Shown here: positions 24,201 through 36,249 of the stretch, piece by piece
Layout: every line of letters starts with the position of its first letter
How positions within the stretch are numbered: the stretch's first letter is position 1
Assembly (NCBI GenBank): GCA_036172245.1
Contig: JAYWIR010000013.1
Location: 2,790,001-2,854,000 of the forward strand
Origin: Raillietiella orientalis
Lineage: Eukaryota
Length of the DNA: 64,000 nucleotides
Direction: 5' to 3'
Made by a program: the position numbers and the translations under genes
The notes under the pieces: generated by a model
Database searches by the model: none
What the model saw: the letters and a program-made list of their open reading frames with translations, nothing else
Told to the model about the DNA's origin: nothing

Positions 24201-26229
24201 GGGCCGCGGAGAAGAAGAGGGCGGAGAGACTTTCCTGCGGGAACGCCGTCTATGGGGGAGGGAGAGCTGGAGGGGACGGAGGGGTCGCGCCCTTCCGTCT
24301 CTCCGGGGGCTGTCGGTCTTCCCGAGGAAGGAGAGGGCGCGCGAGGGAAAAGGGGCGGGGAGAGAAGGGGGTGGGGTGGGGTGGGGCTCCAGGCCCCGGA
24401 CCCCCCCTCGCGATGGAGACCTCCTGCACCAACACACCTGAAACTTTGCTCACCTTGGATGCGATACGACAGGTTGAGCGAAGGATCAGGCTGGCCGGGG
24501 CAGGTGGTTCAGCGGGGGGGGAGCACGAGGAGGGAGAAGGGGGGAGGGGGCGGTTCGCGCCCGGGCATCACGTGGGAGAAGGAGGGGGGGCACTGGGGAC
24601 GCACAGATGGAGGGGGAGACGGGAGCAGATGCTTCCCCTGTTTACCTCCCTCGCTCGCTCCGGATGCTGGGCGAACTCGCTGCGGCCGCAGCCGACTGCC
24701 CCCCCTCGGTCATCCCGGGCGCCCTCGCTCGAGGAAGAAGAAGAAGAAGAAGCGCGCGCGCGCACGCACGCACGCCCGTCACCGTCCCACCTGGACGCCG
24801 CGCGCGCAGTGCTCCCTTGTGCGTTGCTCCCACCGCCGCAGCGGACGAAGGGGGGAACGCAACAGGAAAACAAACACATAAACAAATAAACGGAGGAAAG
24901 AGAAAGGAGAGAGCGGGGAAAAGAGGAGGAGGAGGAGGAAGGATGCTCCTTCGTGGAGCCACCGGCTGGGCAGCGGAGGACGCCGCGCCACCCAGCCACT
25001 CCGGGGTAGACCGGGCAGCCGCCGGCGACAACAAAAACGAGGACAAACCGGGAGCTCCCTCGGCGGCGGAGCGCGCGCGGGCTGGACACCACCAAGCAGG
25101 ACCTTCCAGAATCTGCGCGTCGTCGTCTCCCTTCCGATCTCCCTGTCCCGCACGGACGGCGGGAAGCGGCAGATGCGTCGTTTCTTCTCCTTCTTCCCCC
25201 CTTCGGGAACTCCCCAGGCATAAGGAGGGGGCGGTCGAAGTGACCAGGAAGGCGCGGCAGCGGCAGCACCGTCAGGACTCACAAAGGGGAATGGGGGCGG
25301 GGTGAGGGGTGGGCCGCAGCAGCATCCGCACGGCTCCGCTTTTTCTCCTCGAGGGAGCGGCGTGCGCGCGGGAGGAAGAAAGGCGGGAAACGCGAGCACT
25401 TCGCTTCCGGGAGAGGAACGGATCACCACGGGGCCGTACAGGGGGGACGGAGATGGGAGGGCGGAAGTGTGCGGGAGACGGTTCTCGGCAGGGGAGCGGA
25501 CGCGCGCGAGCAAACGCTCCTCCGGGAAGCCGCAAGACGACTGCCGCGTCGGCCGCCTGGCCTGCGACTGGAGGCGGCGCGCCGCGAGCGGCACGCGCGC
25601 GCCGCCGCCGCCAAAAGGGGAGGAGGAGAGGAGAGAGAGAGGGAAAGGGGGAGAGGGTGCGCGCGCGCGCGTGCGGAGGTTCCGGTAGGCGGAGGTACGC
25701 CGACGTCGGAGCAGCGGCGCGCGAGCAGTGCGGGGCCACCACCCTCCCGCCCTGCAGTGGCCGGCCCCCGGCAGGGCACATGTGCCCATGCGTTCGGAGA
25801 GAGAAGGGACGGACGCGGAGAGGTGGACTGACGGCCCACCACCACCTTCCTCAGACCGGGATCGCGGTCAGCGAGCCCCTCTTTCGGTCTCAACCGGACG
25901 AGGTAACCAAGGAGGGGTCAGAGCTTTTCAGGAAGGACGGAAGGGTAGGTGGAGCGTGAGGGGGAAAATGAGCAGGCCAAACGACCTCACCCCTCTTTTT
26001 CCTGCATCGGCCTCTCCCTTTCCTGGTCTCCTCTCTCTCGAGCGGTACTCCGCCACACCGAGCTGCGACCGGGGAAGGGGGAGGAGCCGTCCTCGGGGCG
26101 GAGTGGGACGTGCGCACGGAACCCTGGGGAGCGAGGGCCGAGCGGGCAAGGTGAAAGTGCTCTTTCCTCCCTGCCGGGGAGGCTCCGCGCTCCCGGCTCG
26201 GGATCGATCGATCGAACGGAAGGGCTTCC

Positions 26230-26847
26230 CGCGCCCAGCGGTGTGCCTTCCCTCGGGATTCGCGCTTGGGGCGTCCCCTCGCGGAGCGCGCACCCCCACC
26301 TTCTAGTTGACTGTGCTGCCATCCGACCCCTGTGGGAACGGTTCGGGACGACTCTCGGGCTCCCAATGGGCAGCGCGCCCAGAGACGTTCTTCGGCCCCT
26401 CTTCGTGCGGGACGCCCTGCAGCCCGCCGCAGCCCTCGCAGCCCTCTGTTGCATCCGAGGCATCGTGGCGGCCTGGAGCGACTTTCGCGACGAAGGAGTG
26501 GATGCCAACGAGAGGGAAGTCATCCCGTATGCTGTGCGCTTCATGCGAAGAGCTGCGAGATGGCCCCATCTGGGACAAACGCAGAAGGACCTAGAGGGCA
26601 TCCTGCGAAGGATGGGTCCTCCTCCTAGTGGATAGTGATCCCTTCCCCTCCCTCCAAACTCCTTTTGTTTTTCTATATTTTATTTATTTATTTATTTTTT
26701 TTGTTTTCTCCCAAACTCCCCTCCACTGCCGAGGAGCGTCACGCCGGGCTGCGTCCCGGCAGGTCCGGTGTTGTGCGGCCGTTAGTGGGGCCTCGTACCA
26801 CGTTTTTGTAGAGTTTCAATAAACGCCCCGGGGTACCCGGGTGGCAA
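26230..26847 (+). mobile_element. L1/Tx1-like 3' fragment with uninterrupted C-terminal ~110 aa and full 3' UTR
   Basis: HLLVDCAAIRPLWERFG..RDALQPAAALAALCCIRG..LEGILRRMGPPPSG* (stop at 26633-26635), ending AATAAACGCCCCGGGGTACCCGGGTGGCAA. Confidence 0.85.
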
Positions 26848-27549
26848 CACCGCGGGGACGTCGGAAGACGCCATGCTTTCCTCCCTGCCTCCTTCCCCCC
26901 TCGCCGCGTCGAGGAGTCCAGGTGGGAACGGGAAGGAGGAGGGAAAACCTGCGGGGAGGCGGCGGCCCAGGCGCGGGAGGCCGCGTGCTACCTCTCCTGG
27001 CGTGAAGGGGGGAGAGTCCCTCGCTTTCGGGATCGGCAGGAAGCCCTCGCGACGGGAGTGCGTGGGGAACCTCCGCCGCAGGGAGCGGCTCCTCCTCCTC
27101 TGCGGGCTGAGGGCAGCGTGGGGCCTGGCCTCGCGTGCAGTCTCCCCGGCCGTCCGCGCGCGCGCTCGGCTGACGATCCCGGAGGAACGCCTCGTCGGGA
27201 GGACTCCTGCACCGGCGCGAACTTTCGCTTTCCTCTCGGTGCTGGCATCGGGAGACCGGGGTCGCTCCGACGACGGCGACGACGACTACGAGCGACCTCT
27301 CCCCCCGGAGGAAAAAGAGGAATGGGGGAAGAGCGCGCGCACCCCGCATACGGCTGGCGGGCGGGAGGAGCGACACCGCCTCGGGGCGAGAAACTCCGTT
27401 TCGAAAGAGCGAGGGTCGGGAGGAGGAGAAGGTGGCGCCCCGTATGAGGCAGCCGCTCCCTCCCCCTTCGCGTTTGCGAGAGGGAGCCGCAGGAGTCCGT
27501 CCGTCCTTCCTTTCCTCCTTCGCTGCATCAGCCCCCCCTTTCCTACCTC

Positions 27550-28060
27550 CGCCGCCATCTTTAAGGGAGTTTCCCCCTCACTCAGCCCCTTTTCTGACCC
27601 ACCGCACCGGCGGCAGGGAGCTCGAAGTTGCGTTCCCCACCAGCGGCGCTTGCGGCGGGAGGCACCCTCTCTGGGTCAGCGGGGGGAGAAACGTTTGGTG
27701 GAGAGAGCGCGCGGAGTGGGCAGACGCCTCTAGCGAAAGAGAAGGGGATGGAGGGTGCGCGGGCCACCCCACCCGGGTGCGACCGACGCGGCTGACCGGC
27801 TCGCAAGGGCGCAAAGAGATCGGACGGCTTCTTGCCCAAAACCTCCTCCCTAAACAGCTCTCGTCCCTCTGGGCGAATTCCTTCCCTGAGGGAGCCATGG
27901 CGGGGTGACGGGCTAGTGAGCGGCGACCCGTCGCCCTCACGGAGACGGGGATTCCCCGTGATCACGCTATAAATAGAATCCATCATTTCGCGATGCAGAT
28001 GTGCCCCCGGATGAAGGCACGGATATTCAGGTACTTGGAGGACGGGCGGAGATGGGGAGC
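27550..28060 (-). mobile_element. L1/Tx1-like RT relic
   Basis: RAFIRGH..DSIYSV (~QxAFIxGRxIxD) followed by QRGCLPPQAPL (~RQGCPLAP). Confidence 0.35.
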
Positions 28061-28559
28061 GAAGGGGAGGGAGAGAGGAGGGGGAGGTGGTCGCAGTGAC
28101 GCAAGGAATGGGGTGCCGCCGTGGTCCGACTCTGCCTCGACAGCCTGCCCGCGCGCGGTGGCGGAGGCTGCAGCCGGTCCAGGAGGTATCATTCGCCCTG
28201 GCGAGCGAGGAGACAGGCAGAGGAGGGAAAGAAGGTTGATCTCCGCAACGTGGTTGACGCTGACCAGGCTGACTACTCGGCGGTGCCCGACCAGGGGTCG
28301 GGGACCCTATGGCGTGAGGTGGCGGCGGCGTTCGAGCGCGAAGGCGCAGAAGCCGCCGCCATTGCAGTCGTGTGGGGAAGGTGAGTGCTTCTCCTCAGAA
28401 TGCCTCCCTCGAGGAATTCCTTTTCCCGATACTCCCATCTCACCCCCACGCTCCTTTCTTTCCCTTCCTCTCGGACTCCCCCTGTCCCCTCTCAAGGACG
28501 GAAAGAAGCTCCCGCAGCCTCCTCCGGTCCCGTTCGCGAGCTCCCGGGGAGCAAGGGAT

Positions 28560-29750
28560 CCGCCAGCGTAGGGACGCCCCTGAGGCGGGAGGGGTGGCAT
28601 CGCGATCTGCTCCTGCGCTGCCTCCGCAGTGCCTACAGGCCGCGGAGGCAAGGGGACGGAGCTGGATGGGAAAGGGCATGGCTATCACGACTCGGACCGG
28701 GTCCGTTGGCACGGAGGGGAGGGAGTTGCTCTTCCGTGGACCCTGGAAGCTGCTTTCCAGCGAGGCGGGGTCAGCCGCTTGGGGTCGAGGACCACGCGGA
28801 TGAAAAGGAGGGTCGCCTCCCCTTCGCAAGGGAGGGACGACCCGCCCTGCCGATCTCTCTCTCTCCCTCGGGCTCCGGGGAAATACCTCGTGGGCGTGGC
28901 TTCCGTGCCTCTGGGAGGTCGCCTGTTGGGTGAGGGTGGGGGGGCGGGCGTGTCGGGAGCAGCCGCGCGCCGTCCCCTTTTCCCGAGTTAGCTCGCGGCA
29001 CGTCTCGGCGGAAAAAAATTCTTCTTCCTCCTCCTCCGGGACTGGGGTCTTCCCCGGAACTCCGGGGCACCGAGGAGTAGCCGGAACTCGCCCCCGGCAA
29101 GCGCCAGGTCGACTTGGTTGAGAGTCCCGGTCCGACCCACGCACGCTGCGTCCAGGAAAAGGAGCTTCGAATCTCGTGCGAGCTAGTCCAGTTTGGTGGA
29201 GGGGAGAGTACGGGTGGGGCCGGGGAACTTCTCATGCGGTAGGGGGGGAGTGCCCATCGCGAAGGGAGCAGAGTGCAGGGCGATCCTGCGGCGAGGTTCT
29301 CCAGGAGGGGGAGCTGCAATCCGGGAGGTGGAGGGTTTGGCGGAGGGAGGGGAGGGGCTCACATGGGGATCTGCCTATCCCTTCCCTCCATTCATCCTCC
29401 CGGCGGAGGTCGGCTTCAGCTGGATTCTCCCGAGGGGGTCTCCCACGCGCATCGCTCTGGACGCTCCTGGATGGGGCGGGGAGGGAACCTCCGAAGAGGA
29501 GCATGGAGAGAAACGGGGACGGCTCCTTCATGGACAGAGAGGAGAGCACCGCCGCCGGACGGAGGAGAGTCCGGCAGCAGAAGGCCTCTCTGGATTCCGG
29601 AAACTGTGCCTCCCCTGCTCCTCCCGTCGCGAATGCCCCGGAGCGAGAGGGAACCGGTGATTGGCGGTTCAAGGTGATGCCGGGCGTGGCCCACCGTTTC
29701 GCGCGTTCCCGCAGACTGTCCAGGACCTTTCGCCGCCCGGACACATGCGG
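28560..29750 (+). mobile_element. L1/Tx1-like endonuclease and linker relic
   Basis: RGGIAI (~RGVAIL), SDPRTL (~SDHxxL), GPGNF (~GPGYW) and QGDAG (~EGD) occur in order. Confidence 0.35.
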
Positions 29751-30659
29751 CACCCCCCGAAGGCAGTCCAGTCTCCTTCCTCGTCCTCGGATGCTGCGAG
29801 CAGCATCTCCCCACTCGCGCATCCTGGTACTCTCTCCTTCTCCGTCTTCCGGCAGCGCTCCTCTGCAGCCCCTCCCGTGTCGCCTCCCACGGTCATGCGG
29901 TTTCGCAGCGACAGCCCTGCTCCCGCTGCTAGGGACCTCAGCTTCGTTTCCGAGACGAGCGTGCCTTTCCTTTCCTTTTGTTTTTTGTTTTTTTTTGGCG
30001 TCCAGCTGTAAACCAGTGGATGGTCAGGTCGTTCCCGGTCTCTTCGGATTAGCCGCCCTGATCTTCGTCATCCTTTCGGGAACCTTTACCTTGGCAACGG
30101 TCGACATGAAGAGCTCGGCAGGACCGAGAAAAGGCTCTCTCCCCCTCCCCCCTTCCGGATGGCCTCCAGCACTCCTTCTTTCAAGGCCGATCCTCTTCCG
30201 TTCTGTTGAGCCAACCCCTGTAGGGCCGCGCGTTCTTCCTTCTCCCCCCCTCCCTTTGGCCCTCGCTCCCTCTCCTTTCGAGAATCCCAGCTCTCCCACG
30301 CGCCAATCCTGGAGGCATCTCCCTCGAGGCATCGTCTGGGAGGTTGCGCGGGGGCTGAGAGAAGTCCCGAGCCACCTGAGAAGGACAGGCGCGTCCCCTG
30401 TCGCCCAGCATGCTCCTCGGCTCCGGCGGCTATAGCAGTGGCGCTCCAAGTTTTCCCGTCCCAGAAGCTACGAAGCACCCGCAGAGCTGCTCCTTCCTCT
30501 CGCTGCGGGCTCCTTGCATCAGCCCCCTATCCGTCCACCCATTCCTACCTACCGCGCATGCAGTCCCTGTCGTGGATCAGAGCTGCCATTGCAAGAGATC
30601 TTCGAGGGGCGGCTCCTTTTCGGACCCGCTTCAGAAGGGCCTATCTCTTTTGCTCCGTG

Positions 30660-31050
30660 TGTCGCTTCCGGGACAAGTTCGCCTAGGAGCGTCTCCAGTG
30701 GTCCCACACGCCGGAGATCAGTCCACAGCGGTACTCCGAGATACTTAAAGTACCGAACCGTGGGGATCCCCAAGCGGGTCCAGCTGTCCTGCCCACGCCG
30801 AACCGACTGTTACCACGAAAGATTTCGCTCTGTCCACCTCCAGGTCTGTCCCACGACTCAACAGCTCGAAGAAATCTTCAAGAGCGAAACCCCGGGTGAA
30901 TGGGGAGCAGCAGTAGAAGGTCGTCCGCATACGCTGACACTGCTGGAGTGCCTGGACAACGCGCGTGGCAGGCGAGCCAGAGTCTCCCCATGCGCCCTCA
31001 GCACCAACTCGAAGTGCTTCCAGCAGGCAGAGTAGGAGAACATCCCGTTT
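30660..31050 (-). mobile_element. L1/Tx1-like RT core, inverted 5' segment
   Basis: Intact YADD at 30920-30931(-), LEVDRAKS, and FKYLGVP at 30729-30749(-). Confidence 0.8.
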
Positions 31051-32456
31051 CAGGATGGAAAGTTTCTCTTTCCAGAACGGGCCGTGGTGTGGGACACGTT
31101 TGTGGCCCCCCTCTTCCTTCCACTGGTTTTTGTTTGCCCTCTACCGAGTAGTATGAAAAGGCGGACGAAGAACCTCCTGAGAATAGCCCTGTGGGGCAAA
31201 GGGAGACCCTAAGTCCGCCTGAAGGATTTGTGCGCTGCGCGTCGGGACGGAGGCCTTGGCCTCCGCTGGAGCGGCAGCTCCAGTGGGAGACGCTTGTCTA
31301 GTGGCGTAGTTTTGGAGCACAAACTGGTTCGAGCCCGCACGATACCTGGTCAAGCGGGCCACCGGATACGCAGGACTGTCTTCTTTCCTGGCGCGGCGAC
31401 GCAGACACAACGTATCCAGCGGCAGACTGGAGCTCCGGCGGGTGGCCAAGCTGACCAGGACCAACAGCTGGATCTTCTGCTGGCCCGCGAACGGTAGCAC
31501 CTGGCTGCAGGAAACCATTCGCATGTGGGCCAAGAACAACGAAGCGAGCCCGGAGATGCCGCATCGACTGCTGCACTCCTACAACTGCTTGCTGAGGGAC
31601 GTCATCGTTCATCGCACGACGTGTGCATGGGCGCAAAGAAACTCCCTAGCCGCGTCGCTGCCTTCCCTCGGGGAGCACCAGGGATATAAAAGGCCGGCCA
31701 AATGGGAGGTCAGTTGCGAAATTGGCCTTCAGATGAAGGAATTAGGTGGTTCGACCACGGGCCAGCTCACGGGCGCTGCGACCCCAGGTGCTTCACCGAA
31801 AGGACTATTTCGCTGGGGTGAACTGCTAGGAATCCCACAACAAGACCTCGAGTAGCCCCCAGCACTGAAGAACCACCGGGCCCTTCCCCTGAAGTGGCAG
31901 CAGTCGGCGAACCTGCTGCTGCACTGAGGTCTCCCGTACAACGCCCGCCCTTGGTGAACCGACGAACGATCCCAGGGACGCCTCTTTGTGAGCGACGCCC
32001 TTTCGCCTGCCGCATCCACAGCAGCTCTTTGCTGCTGCCTACGCGGCATTGCTGCGGTCTAGGGCTACGCGAGGGGAGGGCGGCGGCGCGACAGGGATGC
32101 CACCTGAGACGCCCTGAGCTCCATGAGGACAGCAGCAAGATGGTCCCACCGGGGGCATACTCGGATCGAGCTGCTGGGGATTTGAAGCATCGCCGGCATC
32201 CTGGAAAGGAAGCAGAGGACGCTTTCCAGCACCCGGTGTTCCCTTCCCAAGCCCTCCCAATTTTCGGTATACGTTTTTTTGTTTTAATTTTATCTTTGTT
32301 CCCTCACTCCGCTCCGCCGCCGCCGAGGCGAACCTCGCCGGCCTGCGTGCAGGCTGCTCGGCAGGTTCCGAGCATTTTCGGACAATGTAGGACCAATGAC
32401 CGGGTACGCGTATGTTTATTTTTTATAATAGACGTCCGGGCGTGATCGGGTGATAA
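31050..32456 (+). mobile_element. L1/Tx1-like 3' half (post-RT to terminus)
   Basis: VRLKDLCAARRDGGLGL, RNSLAASLPSLGEH..WEV, GAATP..RWGELLGIP and LKWQ, with the family 3' end CGGGTGATAA at 32447-32456. Confidence 0.85.
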
Positions 32457-32469
32457 ACCAATTCCACAG

Positions 32470-33290
32470 CGCCCGACGGAAGGCTTGCGGACGGATCCAC
32501 GCCCAGCAACCGGGTTCGGGATCGGCGCAGGGTAGGGAGACTTTCTGGGCGTTCCCCACGGGAGCTTCCCTATCCGGGGTTTCCTCCCTCCCGGAAAGGG
32601 TCCCGTCGTGCAACCGGCTGAACCACCTGGAGGCAGCGGAGCCACTCTGCAGGTCTCTCTGCGGCTTCGCCATCCGAGTAATTCGCGGCCGGGATCGTCT
32701 GGAGGTCTCCATGAACCGTTTCGCCGCCCCCGTTTCCCTTCGGCTTTGCTGAGGCAGCCGGGAACAGCACCGTCGCTCGCCCTCTCCCGGCACGCCGGGA
32801 TGCGCTCTCTCTTGCGTAGAGCACGCGGCCAAGATCAACACGTGAGCCTGGTCTGGCAGTCCGGGTAGCCGCTGGACGAGTGCTTCAGGAAGTGCTCGAC
32901 GTGAGCCTCCCGGGAAATCTCGTTCCCATGCCGGCGCGCGTCCCGTGCTTCCGGCATGGGAACGTCCCTCGAAACGGAGGGACGTCGCCCCACCCCGCCC
33001 CTGTGAAGAGGATCCTCCAAGGTGCGCGCTGTGGAATGGTGGTAACCCTTCCACCCGACTGCAGCGGGAATGAAGAGCATGAATAGCGTTTTTCCTGATG
33101 CTGCGCTTCTGGACCAGAACGGTCTCCTCTCCGCATTCGCGAGAGGCGCCTCCTCCTCCTCCTGGCGAATGTCCCCGACTCCCTGCCCGACGGGAGCGAC
33201 GGCCGCTCCCGATCGTGGCGGTCGCTGCCGCCCTCACAAGGAGAGCGACGAGGCGATCCATACTGGGACGCGGGATGCAAGGGCGCCTGA
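32470..33290 (-). mobile_element. L1/Tx1-like EN-RT linker fragment, copy 1 of a triplicated tract
   Basis: PWRI, EGER and IGKLPW motifs on the minus strand. Near-identical to 58423-59248 and, inverted, to 55615-56019. Confidence 0.6.
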
Positions 33291-34499
33291 GGGTGCTTGG
33301 CATTCGGAGCAGCTCAAAACCAGGGTGCCATCTGCTCCCTCTCTGGCCCCCGTCCGATGCGGATTCGCGGTAATCGTTGGCATCGCTCCGTACGGCCATC
33401 CTGCTCCGTCGCTATTCATTCACTCATTTGTCCCCCCCCCCCCCCGCTTCCCTTTCCGTCCCCTCGTGCCGTTTCCACTGGGGTTCAACGCCTTCGTCCT
33501 GGTATGGAACGGCAACTCGGTGGCAGCTTCCTCTTCGCACCAGTTCCATTCGCTGATTTTAAGCAATTGGTCCGGAAATCCGGGATGGGGAGGAGGCCGT
33601 CACACCTTTTTCATCTTCCGTCTCGATGCTCGGGAGTGGTCCCCCGCCGAATCCCCGTTTCACCGGTTGCGTCCCTCTGAGTCTTTCCGGTCAGGACCGA
33701 CTCCCTCTCCCCGTCTGGCTCTCCCTCGAGCGGGTTGCCGTCTGCCCGTTCGGGGTCTGTGTCTCTCCGGATGCCTTAGGGCAGCCTCTCGCACGCCATC
33801 GGCAGATCGGGGAGGAGATGCGAACGGCGCGACTGCTAAAGGCACCACCGCCAGCGGCACCATCGCGAGCGCTTCCCGAGGCACGCGAGGCGGCGGCCCG
33901 TTTCCGGTCCTCCTCGTCCGCTTCCTTAGCGCCTCGGGACCGTAGACCACTCTTGTGGACTCCCCTGCGTCCTGATCCGTAAATCTGCGCGTCCTTCCAC
34001 CGAGCTCTTTGCTAGAGGCATTTCCCGCGGGGAATTCTCTTTCTCTCCCCATTAGTCCCTTCCCGAAATGCCCGTTTCTTGGAAGTCAGGATACGTTGGA
34101 GGTGGTCCTGGGATGCTCTGTCCACCTTGGGGGTGAGGGAGAGAGGCACCTCCGCCGAAGCTGGATGGACCGCTCCCTCGTCTCCCGCTGGACTGCGTAC
34201 TCCCCGTTGCACCCTGCGTTCGCAGATGCAGTTCCCGCCCTGGGAACTCCGAAGGTGAGTCCAGGAAGTTCTTCGGGCCTCGTTCCGTGACTGAAGAGCA
34301 ACCAGGAGATCAGTGAACCTTCCTAGATGAACCTGCGTTCCCAGTCCGTGAGCGATGCACCTTCCGGAGCCTGCCGGTGCTCTGGAGCGCTCCTGAGCCA
34401 CCCAGCCCGGCTTCCTCGACGGTGCTCTTCGGCGCAGCGTGCTTTTTCCGAGCATGTATTCTTCCTAACGTCTCGTTTCCCTCCCCTCATCTCCCCGGC

Positions 34500-36186
34500 A
34501 ACGTTGGCCGGAAGGTCGGACTGGATCCGCTTGGGGATTCCCACGGGAGGGTACTTCCAAGTACCTTGGCGTTCCGTTGGGGAATTTCTGCGTAGCAGAA
34601 GCCTGATCCCACCGTCTCCAAAGAGTAGAGATGGCGCTCGGCCCGTTCCTGGAAGGCAAGTTGTGCTTGCCGGAAGGGGTCGCAGTATGGAACGCCTTTG
34701 TGCCCTGTATGCTCTGCCCCCTGCTTTTTTTTTTGCTCCTTCCCCACCTGACATCAGGAAAAGAACCGAGGACCTCCTGAGAAAAGCCCTTTGGGGCACA
34801 CGGAGGCCCCGAGTTCATTTAAAAGACATGTGTGCTCCCCGTAAGGATGGTGGACTAGGCCAGTCCCCAGTCCGAAGTCGGTGGAGCGTCCGCTCCAATT
34901 CAGAAGACTCGACCTCGGGGCGAGAATGCGGACAACGCCCTGGTGCGCACCAGCCTGGCTCCACGTGAAGAGCTCAACCGGCTGCGAGGGACTCGCATCC
35001 CTCCTCGTCTCTCGCGAGAGCTTGTTGAGGCTTTGCAGACGCCAACTCCACAAGGTGATTGCCCTGGTGGAGGAAACACCTAGTTCTCCTGCTTCCTTGC
35101 GAACTGCACTGCCTGGATCCAGTAGTTGTTCTGGTCTTTGCCCGGGGAAAGATCCACGGCGCGAGCAAGTCGAGGTGCGGCTGTCTGCAGCGAGTCAACA
35201 CTCTCAAGCCGTTGAAGGAAATTGTCCGCAACCCGCAGAAGATTCAGTGGGCCTCATCCACCCCTTCTTCCCCAGTGCTGCCCTCCTTAAGGAACGCAAG
35301 GAACATAGCCATCCCAGCTAGGTGGGAAGTAACATGCTGCATAACAGCAAAAACAAAACTTGTGGGGCGCGGACGACTCGGGAGGTCACGGACGCCGCGA
35401 CCCCGAGTATCCCACCCCACGGACTTGTACCTTGGGGAGAGATGCTCGACATCCCTGCGGAAGAGATGAAGTGGACCCCAGAGTGCTGGAGCAGTGGCGC
35501 CCTCAAGTGGAAGAAGTCGGCGTTGCTGGTGCTGCATGGGGGAACCCCGTGCAAAGCGCGCCTTTACAATGGACACGGGGGGGGGGGGGGAGGAGGGGGT
35601 CACGGATGCTCGGTGCGACAGGTTCTGGAAGAAGGAGACTACCCCGCACCTGCTGTTGGACTGCGCTGCCCTCCGACTCCTTTGGGGTGAGCGGCCCCAG
35701 GGGCGTTTGGAAACGCCTCTTCGCGCGTGCCGCTCTGCCACCACCAGCCGCGTCCCTCGCAGTTCTCTGCTGCGTCCGCGGAATCTTAGACAGCCTGGAG
35801 CGCGGGAATAAGATGCCAGAACGGCAGGGACGCCATCCACCGGGCACGGACCTTCCTGAGGACCTCCTCGAGATGGGCGCTATCCGGACACAACTTGCCA
35901 GCTTCAGGTGAACAGCTGATGCAGAGGATGCCTGGCAGCGTCCCGTGATCCCTTCCTCGATTCTCCCCCTCCCTCTCCTCGCATGAATTCCCCTCCCCCG
36001 TTTTGCTTGTTTACTTTTTGTGCGTTTCGCTTTCGCCTCTCCCCCGCGCTGCCGAGGCGGACCTCGCCGGTCTGCGCACAGCTCAACGGCAGCTTCATTG
36101 TGCGTGGTAGAACCAACGGTTATACCACGCACAACATGTATTTTTATTAATAACGTAATACATACCCTGGCATAACCGGGTGAGAA
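34500..36186 (+). mobile_element. 5'-truncated L1/Tx1-like insertion (RT thumb to 3' end) with candidate 11-bp TSD
   Basis: GIPTGGYF/KYLGVP, LRKALWG..VHLKDMCAPRKDGGLG and the zf-RVT region, ending CGGGTGAGAA. ATCTCCCCGGC occurs at 34489-34499 and 36189-36199. Confidence 0.85.
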
Positions 36187-36249
36187 CTATCTCCCCGGCT
36201 TTCGAGCACGTCAGCAGCCGACCCTCACGAGTCGGCGGCTGGACGGCTG

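Noticed and set aside
32320..32400. HDV-like ribozyme in the LINE 3' UTR (CCTCGC resembles loop L3)
   Set aside because: There is no P3 pairing around the loop and no nested P1/P2 pseudoknot, and the motif varies between copies.
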